Origin: an uncultured bacterium
GTDB taxonomy: Bacteria > Babelota > Babeliae > Babelales > Babelaceae
Length of the DNA: 64,000 bases
NCBI GenBank assembly: GCA_963848965.1
Contig: CAWKFG010000004.1
Location: 384,001-448,000 of the forward strand
Reading direction: 5' to 3'
Shown here: positions 40,159 to 49,432 of the stretch, piece after piece
How positions within the stretch are numbered: position 1 is the stretch's first letter
Layout of the letters: each line of letters starts with the position of its first letter
Made by a program: the position numbers and the translations under genes
The notes under the pieces: model-generated
Databases searched by the model: none
What the model saw: the letters and a program-made list of their open reading frames with translations, nothing else
What the model was told of the DNA's origin: nothing

Positions 40159-41451
40159 TTAAGGCGCGCAGGAAGCGCAGGTTAAATAATTATAACTATA
40201 ACCATCACATGCATGAATAAGCTTACAATACTTGTAGCTTATACCTTGTATTGTAGAGCTATCAGTGACAATATTGAAAAAGCCATTAGCTCTTATTGCT
40301 ACCTTGCCTTTATAGATTCCCTTCTTTTTACCTTTAGTTACTACTGCTTGTATATGGTCTCCTGTCTGATAACCATAACACTTCTTTGCTCCTTTAGCAC
40401 TTGTGCGAGGAAAGCCATACTTATCTGGCCTACACATTTGTCTTGTACCATGGCCTGTAGCTTTAACAAGTAAGAGATTGATATCTTTAATAGAAAGGGT
40501 TAAAGGAGTACTAGCTCCAACACAAGCAGCATCGAGCCAATGAGTCTTTGGTAGATTGAGCTTTACTCTATTATACTTAGTCCTTCCTCCTGTCCCTGTC
40601 TCTACCGCTAATCCTAAAGAAAGTAGGTTTTGATACAATTGCCACCGTGTACTATTTACTGCCGCTGTGTCTCTTAGTGGTACTTGTGCTTGCTTTTGCA
40701 CATAAGGAAAGCCAAATTCTTGAGCTGTTTTATTACCTTTCCTTAGATTACAAAATCTACAGGCAAGAGTAAGATTAGAAACACGATTAGTTCCTCCTCT
40801 ACTTAAGGGTATAATATGCTCTATCTCTAGAGGTATACCTGAAGTATGACAATAAGCACATTGGCGGTTAAACTTTTCAAGTACATACTCACGTATTTCA
40901 TAACCAGCTAGCTCTCCCTGCTGGTATTGTATACCAGTAGTATCAGGATTTTGTATAAGCTGAGTATCAAAGCGTACTAACTCTTGGCTTATTGCTCCTA
41001 AAGGACAATAGCGAATAAGCTTTTTTACCCATGTTAGTATGTTAGCTATTCTGCTCTGTAAAGATGGGGCTAACCATCCTGCTTGCTTGCATCTATTATT
41101 AAAGCGAATCTCTCTATAGCGAGTATGCCTATTCCTTCTGCTCCGTCTTATTGTTCTTCTTGCTAAAAGCTGCTCATGAATATACTGACCTCTATGAGTA
41201 AGCTCTAAAGCAAAAATAACCATACCAGAGGTATCATTGATGATAACAATACCGGTGGTTTTGCTTCCTGGATCTATCTTAATGCGAAGAAGCTGAACAT
41301 CCATGCATGTTCTTTCTTCCTTAAGAATAATAACAAAAGGAAAGCGTCTAAAAATAGCAGCTTTACCGTGCTTAAGCAGTATTCTTGCTACAGCTGGATG
41401 ACAAGGGTTAAGAGGTTTTTTATTGTTATCAATAACGAATACGTATGACAT
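40159..41451 (-). CDS. iscB: RNA-guided endonuclease IscB
   Basis: PLNP (PLMP) N-terminus, RuvC-I IDPGSK, RRxRR bridge helix, RuvC-II ELVRFD, HNH EHIIP..RGG.N..SN, RuvC-III HWLDA; start MSYVFV at 41451 with AAAGGA RBS. Confidence 0.95.
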   Translation of the reverse strand: MSYVFVIDNNKKPLNPCHPAVARILLKHGKAAIFRRFPFVIILKEERTCMDVQLLRIKIDPGSKTTGIVIINDTSGMVIFALELTHRGQYIHEQLLARRTIRRSRRNRHTRYREIRFNNRCKQAGWLAPSLQSRIANILTWVKKLIRYCPLGAISQELVRFDTQLIQNPDTTGIQYQQGELAGYEIREYVLEKFNRQCAYCHTSGIPLEIEHIIPLSRGGTNRVSNLTLACRFCNLRKGNKTAQEFGFPYVQKQAQVPLRDTAAVNSTRWQLYQNLLSLGLAVETGTGGRTKYNRVKLNLPKTHWLDAACVGASTPLTLSIKDINLLLVKATGHGTRQMCRPDKYGFPRTSAKGAKKCYGYQTGDHIQAVVTKGKKKGIYKGKVAIRANGFFNIVTDSSTIQGISYKYCKLIHACDGYSYNYLTCASCAP

Positions 41452-41459
41452 AGTATCCT

Positions 41460-41707
41460 TTATAATAATCTCCCCTAACGGGGGTAAAGTTTGCCTCACT
41501 CATGTTATAAGGCGGTATATAGTAAGAGCACTGACTTATACCCTCAATCTGTTTAACCCTTACATTACAGAGCATGGAACTGGCAAGTATTCCATGGTGT
41601 GATCTTTAACTCTCCCTTATAACGTAGTCAAAAGCTGAGGCCTTTGACTTGAGCTGGTCAACGTGAGCTTTTACAAGCTACGCCCTTTAGAGAGCGTGGT
41701 AGTTGAC
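41460..41707 (-). ncRNA. omegaRNA (HEARO-like) scaffold
   Basis: GTCAAC...GTTGAC pairing, GACTACGTT, ACACCATGGAATACTTGCCAGTTCCATGCTCTG and ACATGAGTGAGG segments of the kind seen in IscB-associated RNAs; directly upstream of iscB. Confidence 0.8.
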
Positions 41708-41862
41708 ACCAACCTTTTCTTCAAGTTATTGCGTGAGAGACAGTATAGGTAGGCAGACCTTCTTTGTCAATACACAACATCCTTCAATATGTTCTATTAT
41801 TCGCCATGCTAAGGAAACCATGCAACATAAGCAAGCACAAGTACATTTACGTTACGCAACGC

Positions 41863-42765
41863 TCACTTGCGATACCGAGAGAACCAATCAAGTATTGTTT
41901 TATGTATCTCTTCTCTGTGAGCATCTATCATATGACCACCATCAGTATACAATATAAATTTAAATGTTTTACCAAATTCCTTGAGCTTAGCAACAAGATT
42001 ATGTGCTTCTTCTACGTTCACAATAGGATCATCTTGAGCATGAATTAAAAGAATTGGAACATTCAATTCATGAGCCCAACAAACAGCTGAACGCTTGGCA
42101 TACTCTTCTTCCTTATGTGTAGGCATTCTCGGTAGATGCTTGTAAAGAATCTCTTCTTCTGTCTCTGGTCTATGACGTATAAATGTGAAAATATCATTTA
42201 CACTTGATACAGTAGCAACAGCTCGTAGTGGCATTTTATGTTTTAATGCTAGAAAGGCCATTAATCCTCCCCGAGAAAAACCAAGCATAAAAATATTATC
42301 TAGATCAATATATCCAAGATTTTGAGCTACTTTGTAAAGATTTAAGACATCATTGATATCTCCGCCACCTATCTCATCTTTACCTTCTGAGCCATCATTA
42401 CCTCTATATTGAGAAGCAAGGACTACATACCCTTGTTTTACTAAAAAATATATATCATCTTTTAAAGTACATACTATAATTTTACCAGAATCTCCGCTAC
42501 CACCCCTATTATAGATAACTAATGGATAGCGTTCTTTTGTCATATGTTTAGGTTGCGCTAGTATACCAACCACAGTAAAATTATCACTTTTATACTTAAT
42601 TTTAAAAAATTCTACGTCAGTACATTGGTTATACCATGCTATACAGTTTTCATAGTCATTTTCACTAATTACCTGTTTATAAACACTATCTAATGATTCG
42701 TATTTATGTGGTATAAATAAAGTTTTGCTTATAATTGTTCCATCATTTTCTTTAAAAAAAGTCAT
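41863..42765 (-). CDS. S9 / prolyl-oligopeptidase-family alpha/beta hydrolase
   Basis: YNRGG, SQYRG..GSEG.DE.GG, GFSRGG, LIHAQDD, GGH. Confidence 0.87.
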   Translation of the reverse strand: MTFFKENDGTIISKTLFIPHKYESLDSVYKQVISENDYENCIAWYNQCTDVEFFKIKYKSDNFTVVGILAQPKHMTKERYPLVIYNRGGSGDSGKIIVCTLKDDIYFLVKQGYVVLASQYRGNDGSEGKDEIGGGDINDVLNLYKVAQNLGYIDLDNIFMLGFSRGGLMAFLALKHKMPLRAVATVSSVNDIFTFIRHRPETEEEILYKHLPRMPTHKEEEYAKRSAVCWAHELNVPILLIHAQDDPIVNVEEAHNLVAKLKEFGKTFKFILYTDGGHMIDAHREEIHKTILDWFSRYRK

Positions 42766-42897
42766 GCTACGATTGTTCCTTTGCAGTAATTAATTCATTA
42801 GATACTATAAAACATTTTGAAATTCCAGTAAAACTATAATAATAAATGTGCTCTAGAATTAAGTAGACAAAATCACTTTATTTTATTCGTTACTGGG

Positions 42898-43368
42898 CTA
42901 CAGAACTGAGATAGTATCTATATACCCATCCCATGCCTTTCTAAGATTATCAGATGACAGCTCCAAGCCAATAAATGGTGTACCTCCTCCCATGTTTACT
43001 AATGGCTCGTCAAATACTGGGGTGTCTATAACTTTCTTTACATTTTCTGGTAACCCAAAGGGAGAGACCCCTCCTATAACATATCCAGTACTATCTTGTA
43101 CTTCTTTTGGCGTTGCAAATCTTAGTATGCTAAGATTAAAAAGAGCCTTAATATTTTCCAATGATACTTCTTTATTACCTTGAACTACAGCAACAACTGG
43201 TTCTTTATTGCTTATAAGCACCAGTGTTTTTAAAATTTGCTTAAGAGAGCATCCATAAAGTCTTTTTACATCCTGAACACTAGAGGCCCGTGTTGTAAGA
43301 TGTAAAACCTTATATTCTATATGTTTGCTATCTAAATAGCACATGCTTGGAAGCTTGATATTTTCCAT
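42898..43368 (-). CDS. YbaK/EbsC family aminoacyl-tRNA deacylase
   Basis: ILKTLV, TGYVIGGVSPFG, GGG. Confidence 0.9.
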   Translation of the reverse strand: MENIKLPSMCYLDSKHIEYKVLHLTTRASSVQDVKRLYGCSLKQILKTLVLISNKEPVVAVVQGNKEVSLENIKALFNLSILRFATPKEVQDSTGYVIGGVSPFGLPENVKKVIDTPVFDEPLVNMGGGTPFIGLELSSDNLRKAWDGYIDTISVL

Positions 43369-43816
43369 ATATTCCTCTTTAATCTAATAATACAGTGGTA
43401 CTACTGCATATCGCTGGCATAGCCAGCTGTGACAGCTTATATAATTGCTTGCTCAATACTCTTAGTAGTTCTAATGTATGAGGGTTGGAGAAAGAATTTA
43501 TAAACCCAAGGATAGATGAGCTTATGAATAAAGATTAGAAAAGAGGCCATGCTGAAAGCAGCACTGCTATAAGAAAAAATAAGCGTTTTATAGTCATATA
43601 AGTACTACTGATTTATTTAAAACAAACTATAGGATATATTATTATATATACCATATATACCTATTTTGCAATAATTTTTGATGTAGGCATTAGGCAAATT
43701 ATCTTCAAGGCTCATACTTATTTTGCGGTTGATTAATCTGTAGAGGACATTATAATTGAATACGATTCTCATAAAGCGTAAAAGCAAGTCTTGAAGCTGA
43801 ACTTACTGGAATGTAG

Positions 43817-44461
43817 ATGAAGAGAAAAGTATTACTAATTATAGCAGCTATCACCTTATTTTTTGCTAGACCCTATTTGTGGAACCAACTATTTTCTCAC
43901 AATAAAGCAAATACTTTACATAGTAGGTTAAGCTTTTCTCTTATTGACCATAAAGAAAAGATAACATCAATAGCATTTAGCCCTAATAGTACCTATGCTC
44001 TCATTGGCTCTGAAGATTACAACGCTCGTTTATGGGATTTAACCAATCCCGATAATATTATTTCCATTCCTCTTATTGGACATGCTGATTGGATATCTTC
44101 AGTAGCATTCAGTTCTGACGGTAAATATGCTTTAACTGGATCTTATGATAATACTGCCCGCCTATGGAACATAACTGATTTGAATGCTATCTCCTCCATA
44201 GAACTTAAAGGCCATACATGTTATGTAACATCTGTAGCTTTCAGTCCTAAGGGCAACTATGCTTTGACTGGTTCTTATGATCACACTGCTCGTCTATGGG
44301 ATCTAACTGACCTTAACAAAATTTCTTCTAGAGTGCTTAAGAGTAATGAAAATACCGTAACCTCTGTAGCTTTTAGCCCTGATGGTAGGTTTGCTGTAAC
44401 AGTTGCAGACCAGACTTTTTTATGGGATTTAGAGAACCTGAATACTGCCATTCCTCAATAA
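43817..44461 (+). CDS. WD40 repeat protein
   Basis: Four GH..SVAFSP..ALTGS.D.TARLWD-type repeats. Confidence 0.93.
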   Translation: MKRKVLLIIAAITLFFARPYLWNQLFSHNKANTLHSRLSFSLIDHKEKITSIAFSPNSTYALIGSEDYNARLWDLTNPDNIISIPLIGHADWISSVAFSSDGKYALTGSYDNTARLWNITDLNAISSIELKGHTCYVTSVAFSPKGNYALTGSYDHTARLWDLTDLNKISSRVLKSNENTVTSVAFSPDGRFAVTVADQTFLWDLENLNTAIPQ

Positions 44462-44726
44462 CTACGGAAAGGCTGCCTTTTTTCTAGTCATTCCACCAAC
44501 AAATGATCTAGAATGTTAACGTGCAACACTAGGATAAACTTTAACATTCTAAAGTTATAACTGATCTAAAATTAATTATAGCCTGTCAAAATCGTAAAAA
44601 TAATCAATTAAAATCGACTATAATTTTATTTTAATCACGTCTACAATAAGAAAATATTGATTAGAACAGAGTCAATATTCTATAATTATAAAAAGAATTT
44701 TAAGAAAATATAAAAAAAGGAACAAT

Positions 44727-45383
44727 ATGCTTAAAAAATATCTAATTTTACCTCTAGTGGTAGTAGCTACGAGCTTTGCAGCACAACTACCTGAAGCTCA
44801 ACAGCCTTTTAAAGAAACTTTTCTTGGCAAAATACCTAAAGAATTATTCTTTAAAGCACAACAATACAAAATTGGTGACCTTATTTCAAACGCAGTTCAA
44901 AAGGCTCAAGATTATGATCCTCTCATGAAATACTTAAGTGGTTTAGCCAAAAGACATACTGGACCCTTTAGTGACCCTAAATTTATAGATGACCTTATAA
45001 ATATAATAAACAGAAAATTTGGATTCAATCCATCTGCGATTGCTCAAGAGCTTGACACAGAAGGAGCAATAAGATGGGCTAATAGCATTAAGCCTAAACG
45101 GTTAGAGCTCTGGCAAGCCGCTACATCTGGTAATTTAGAGCAAGTCAAAAAGCTTATCGAAGAAGAGTCTCTTTATCCAGACAGCACTACAAGTCTATTA
45201 GGAACTACACCACTTATGGCTGCTGCAAAACGAGGGGATATTTCCTTAATGAAATATTTGGTTTCAAAAGGAGCCGACATTAATGCAAAAGATGTAAATG
45301 GAAAAACTCCTTTACAATTTGCAGCTGAATCTGGCAATTCTGCAGCAGAGCAGTTTTTACGCGAACAGAAACCAAGTAAGTAG
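44727..45383 (+). CDS. Secreted ankyrin repeat protein with F-box-like motif
   Basis: FLGKIPKELF; GTTPLMAAA, GADINAKD, GKTPL; resembles 32240-33010. Confidence 0.87.
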   Translation: MLKKYLILPLVVVATSFAAQLPEAQQPFKETFLGKIPKELFFKAQQYKIGDLISNAVQKAQDYDPLMKYLSGLAKRHTGPFSDPKFIDDLINIINRKFGFNPSAIAQELDTEGAIRWANSIKPKRLELWQAATSGNLEQVKKLIEEESLYPDSTTSLLGTTPLMAAAKRGDISLMKYLVSKGADINAKDVNGKTPLQFAAESGNSAAEQFLREQKPSK

Positions 45384-45624
45384 ACCATTGAGTATTTTCT
45401 ATCTTTGGCTTTAACAAAAGAGAGCGATAAGCCCCCTATACTCTATAAGTAGGGGACGAGCATCCTCCGCTTAGTGCTATAGAAGCTAAAATCGCAAATA
45501 AGATGTGTATTATAAGCTCTCTTGGTTCTTTTACTTAACCATCCTATTTCGTAAATGCTGTAGTTTAGAAGATATACCATGTATATTCTGATAATACTCT
45601 ATGATAAAAATAAGGATTACATGT

Positions 45625-46068
45625 ATGAGATATACTAATTTATTTATAATGACAATACTGTCTTTTATATCTATGTATTTACTTATGTATGCAATGGTTG
45701 ACCAGTATGCCAATATCTATACCAACTTAAACCAGGTATATATGGCGGGACTAATGACAGTACCTATGGTAATAATTGAACTCTTTCTTATGGGATCTAT
45801 GTATGGTAATAAAAAGCTCAATGCTCTCCTTGTACTAGTAAGTGGTATTACTTTACTAGTACTTTTTGCTCTTCTTAGAAAACAAGTAGCTATAGGAGAT
45901 CGAGAATTTTTAAAATCAATGATCCCGCATCATGGAGCAGCACTCCTTATGTGCAAGGAAGCTCCACTACAAGATCCTGAATTAAAAAATTTGTGTAAAA
46001 ATATCATTGCAGCTCAACAGTCAGAAATTGATTTCATGAAAGGTAAATTAGAAAAATTAAGCAAATAA
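45625..46068 (+). CDS. DUF305 family protein
   Basis: DREFLKSMIPHH..A..M...II.AQQSEI.FM; start at MRYT (ORF track starts at 45601). Confidence 0.85.
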   Translation: MRYTNLFIMTILSFISMYLLMYAMVDQYANIYTNLNQVYMAGLMTVPMVIIELFLMGSMYGNKKLNALLVLVSGITLLVLFALLRKQVAIGDREFLKSMIPHHGAALLMCKEAPLQDPELKNLCKNIIAAQQSEIDFMKGKLEKLSK

Positions 46069-46323
46069 AATTATAATCGGTAGTATTGGCCTTTTATCGT
46101 AACTCTTACTAGGAGCCTCTTTTCTGAGCTTCGCCGGACAAGAGCGCTACGTCTATCGTAGCCAGTAGACGAAGATGGGTAGCCTAGGCGTAGGCTGACG
46201 CCCGCTGTCATATTTCAAATAATATTTTTGCTTGGTTGTTTAAACTATTGATTTAAAAGGGTATAAAGAGTTAATTTTTATATTAGTAAAATATAACACA
46301 ATCTACTACAATATGAGGGAATT

Positions 46324-47205
46324 TTGAAGTTGCGCATATTATCACTAGTAAGTGTAATTACAATTACGGTTTTTATATATTCAATGGAACCGGCTTCGAT
46401 GTCTCTACAATCTCAAGAAATAGTAAAGAAGCTACTTGCTATCAGAGAAGCAGAGAGAGCTTCCTCAACTGATTATCCAGAATTAATGGTCTCCTTAAGT
46501 GATTATTATCAAAAATTATATCCACAATATGAAGCAAACTTTAATAAATATAAGAAACTAATTCCAAGAAATCCCGTTGCAGGTAATATAAACTACTTAA
46601 TGAGTCTTGATGAAATAATAGCCGAGACTATGGCAAAATTTAAGGATATGTATCAACAGGGCCGGATTATGACACAAGAACAATTTGATAAACAAAATAA
46701 AGATAAATGGTTTTATAAAGGTTTTGATTTATCAAGAATATGGGGAGCTGATTATTTAGCAAGAGGCTTTAAGGAGAAAGGTATGAGCACTAGTAGCGTA
46801 CCTAAGTATATAATTGTAGTAAAGGATCTTCACAAAATACAAGTTAGAATTGTCCTAGGTAACTGTTTTCCTCAAATAGCGAATATTGAAAATGGAACAG
46901 TATATGCTGAGACTATAGCTGGAGTACCTGTAGCTACAATGATAGGAAAAAGTGGTATTGATTCTACTGGGCTTGGATATACCGATTACTCTGCCGCTGG
47001 TAATATAATCCGGTCTTCAAATGGTATTGATTACTATGTTGATACTGAATCTAAAAGTTTTTACAATGGCGATCCCGGCGAATATTTCTTTAATAAATTA
47101 GGCCATGACTGGAAAACGATGTGCCAGTATTTTAGAGAGAGGTTTCAATTGATAAATAATGCACCCGGCCTTAGTAAAATTATCGAGTTTTCTGTCACTT
47201 CATAA
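46324..47205 (+). CDS. Secreted hypothetical protein, possibly kinase-like
   Basis: TTG start after GAGGG; signal peptide then SME; DYSAAGNI...YYVDTE. Confidence 0.6.
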   Translation: MKLRILSLVSVITITVFIYSMEPASMSLQSQEIVKKLLAIREAERASSTDYPELMVSLSDYYQKLYPQYEANFNKYKKLIPRNPVAGNINYLMSLDEIIAETMAKFKDMYQQGRIMTQEQFDKQNKDKWFYKGFDLSRIWGADYLARGFKEKGMSTSSVPKYIIVVKDLHKIQVRIVLGNCFPQIANIENGTVYAETIAGVPVATMIGKSGIDSTGLGYTDYSAAGNIIRSSNGIDYYVDTESKSFYNGDPGEYFFNKLGHDWKTMCQYFRERFQLINNAPGLSKIIEFSVTS

Positions 47206-47440
47206 GGTCACCAAACTTATAATTCTACTTTTTCGAGGATTTCAGGTACAAATTCATTCATTTTTTGGGATAACTTGACTTTCTTCCATATAATGCGTTT
47301 TAGTCGAAATCTCAAGAGTATAGATAATTTTTTGTAAGATTAAAACAAATACCATAATGAGCGTACTCTCAAGGATAAAAGAAGTATTTCTAGAGTCATT
47401 TGTTGATTATACGTTACCTTAATTTCTAGGCACCCTAATT

Positions 47441-47467
47441 AATTTACCAACAGGCTGTTGGTAAATT
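47441..47467. repeat. 27-bp palindrome, copy 1
   Basis: AATTTACCAACAG-G-CTGTTGGTAAATT. Confidence 0.9.
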
Positions 47468-47605
47468 TAAGCTAAACTATTGTTATGTAAGTATTTCATA
47501 CTCTGATTGCTGCATTTTTCGCAACATTTTGCAAATAAAATATGAATTTAAGAGATTTAATTCGCGCAGCTGCACAAGAAGTACGAGACAATTGTTTCAC
47601 AATTA

Positions 47606-47944
47606 TCACTTACCTCGAGCAAGAGCAGCAGCGTAATTAAAATCAAAGAAATATTGTTGCCATAATGCGTCAGAGGTATTGTACTCGTTATCATAGACAA
47701 AATAATCTACTAAAGCTTCACGCACTCGTAGAATTTCCTTAAGACGCGGTCCTTTATTTTTAGGATCCGCGACTGTCAAATCCAAGAGTTCTAAAGCTCT
47801 TTCAAAAGCTTGCTTACTATACTCGAGATTACCACTGTTTTTCCAATAAATAGTTCTTTCAATGTCACACCCAACATTTGCTAGCTGTTCAAAAAGCGAA
47901 AATTGAAACCAGTGGCTCGGCGTTAGAGTTTTATGTATTTTCAT
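47606..47944 (-). CDS. Helical hypothetical protein, translationally coupled to the upstream gene
   Basis: EQLANVG.DIER, ALELLDLT, E..RVRE; ATGA overlap. Confidence 0.75.
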   Translation of the reverse strand: MKIHKTLTPSHWFQFSLFEQLANVGCDIERTIYWKNSGNLEYSKQAFERALELLDLTVADPKNKGPRLKEILRVREALVDYFVYDNEYNTSDALWQQYFFDFNYAAALARGK

Positions 47945-48291
47945 GGTACAACCAGTTTATTTACAATAGTTCTTATTATTTCTTGGGTTTTAGGATCATC
48001 TACGCCACGACTTCTATTACCCCAACTTGGGCGAAGATTTATCATAGAATCGAATATAATAAAGCCTTCTTCATTTTCATGCTCAGGGAGAAGATTTATA
48101 CCCCATAGATTTTCTTGTTTGGATCCTTTTTCTAAAAGTAGAGATTCTTCGTCTGCATGAAGATCTGCATCTACAACCATAATTTGTTGTTCAATATCAA
48201 CTACAGCCTTTACTAAACTTCCAAACATCTTCTTCGACATTACCTTAAGTTCTTCTAGTGAAATCTTTTCTTTTTCACTTACAAACTTCAT
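47941..48291 (-). CDS. DUF5674-like protein
   Basis: VKAVVD, LHADEE.LLLE.GS.QENLWGIN, DSMINLRP; start at MKFV behind AGGGG (ORF track starts at 48345). Confidence 0.75.
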   Translation of the reverse strand: MKFVSEKEKISLEELKVMSKKMFGSLVKAVVDIEQQIMVVDADLHADEESLLLEKGSKQENLWGINLLPEHENEEGFIIFDSMINLRPSWGNRSRGVDDPKTQEIIRTIVNKLVVP

Positions 48292-48498
48292 AAATCCCCT
48301 TTGCAAGCCCTTATTATTCTGTAAAATGAACATAATAGTACTCAAACTTCTATCTTACTTCCTAATTATTATACCACTTTTAAACTTTCTATAAAACTAT
48401 TCTAGGATATCGCGTACCTTTATTAATGCTTCTTTTCTGTAACCTTAGCTTCAAGAATATTTTCAAGCACTATTAAGAGTATTCTTAGATCTTCATCC

Positions 48499-48525
48499 AT
48501 TTGTCCAACAGCCTGTTGGACAATT
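48499..48525. repeat. 27-bp palindrome, copy 2
   Basis: TTGTCCAACAG-C-CTGTTGGACAA core at 48501-48523. Confidence 0.85.
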
Positions 48526-48725
48526 TTGGTACAAGAACAATCCTAAGCTTCGAATAACAGAGAAAATATAAGGTCATATCTACTTTTCATTCTTATTTAT
48601 TGAACGCAATAGCAAATTTAGTAGAACAGTATTTTGTTTTAAAAACTACAATAATCATAAATTATTGAAAAATTGAATAAATATATTTTAATATAATAAA
48701 TAATAAATCTTTAAGGAGAAGTAAT

Positions 48726-49334
48726 ATGATATATAAGTATTTAAGCCTCACATTTTTGCTTCTAGGGCTCGGCACTCGTCTCATGGGTATGGAAGCTCCA
48801 GTACCTGCAGGTCATCCCCTGAATTTTAACCTCAAGGTTATTAATAACTCTGATACTGAAATGACAGTAGAACTTACTTCTTATAAAGGAGTAAGAGCAA
48901 CTCGCCGTATAGAAGAGCTTGCAACGTTAACAGACATGCTCCTAATTCTAACTAAATATCCTTCTACGCTTGCAAGGGCTGCTGAGGCAAAGTTTGGTGA
49001 AGCCTATACAGTTACTCTTAGACCTCATGCATCTGTTACAATTGAAGATTTACTATCAAAAGAAACAATCCATGTAAGTAGCCCTGGGCTTCTTTCTGGC
49101 ATACCTGGATTGCGCTGGACAAAAGTACCTTTAGAGGAAGCTTATAAACTAGGCAAAGCAAATGCCGGGTCAAGAAGGCCCGTTATTATAGTTGTTACCC
49201 CTACAAGAACTGGATTTAACTTTGAGACCTCTTTAGGGACTGAAGCTCCTGAAACTAAGCTCGAAGCCGGAGAGCAAACAATTGAGGAAATACCATTTGA
49301 GGTAGTCACAGAAGAGCACGAGCGCATAAAATGA
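48726..49334 (+). CDS. Secreted hypothetical protein
   Basis: AAGGAG RBS; signal peptide then GME. Confidence 0.7.
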   Translation: MIYKYLSLTFLLLGLGTRLMGMEAPVPAGHPLNFNLKVINNSDTEMTVELTSYKGVRATRRIEELATLTDMLLILTKYPSTLARAAEAKFGEAYTVTLRPHASVTIEDLLSKETIHVSSPGLLSGIPGLRWTKVPLEEAYKLGKANAGSRRPVIIVVTPTRTGFNFETSLGTEAPETKLEAGEQTIEEIPFEVVTEEHERIK

Positions 49335-49361
49335 AATTTACCAACAGGCTGTTGGTAAATT
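49335..49361. repeat. 27-bp palindrome, copy 3 (identical to copy 1)
   Basis: AATTTACCAACAGGCTGTTGGTAAATT. Confidence 0.9.
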
Positions 49362-49432
49362 AAGGTTAATTACACTGTATAAATAGCAAGTCTAAATGGA
49401 CAAAAAAATTGCAAGGCCTTCGCACCGCTTTT

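Larger units (their letters stand above)
40125..41707 (-). mobile_element. IS200/IS605-family IscB (OMEGA) element without tnpA
   Basis: Starts GTCAACTACC on the - strand at 41707, then omegaRNA region, iscB, and a GC-rich subterminal hairpin ending just before the oxidase ATG; the oxidase-side boundary is uncertain by a few nt. Confidence 0.8.

Noticed and set aside
41703..42048. + strand ORFs next to the IscB element as tnpA
   Set aside because: No HUH or Y1 motifs, and they overlap the hydrolase on the opposite strand
43390..43600. Short signal-peptide-like frame (MTIKRLFFLIAVLLSAWPLF*) on the - strand
   Set aside because: Stops after 20 codons; possibly a decayed gene but too little to call
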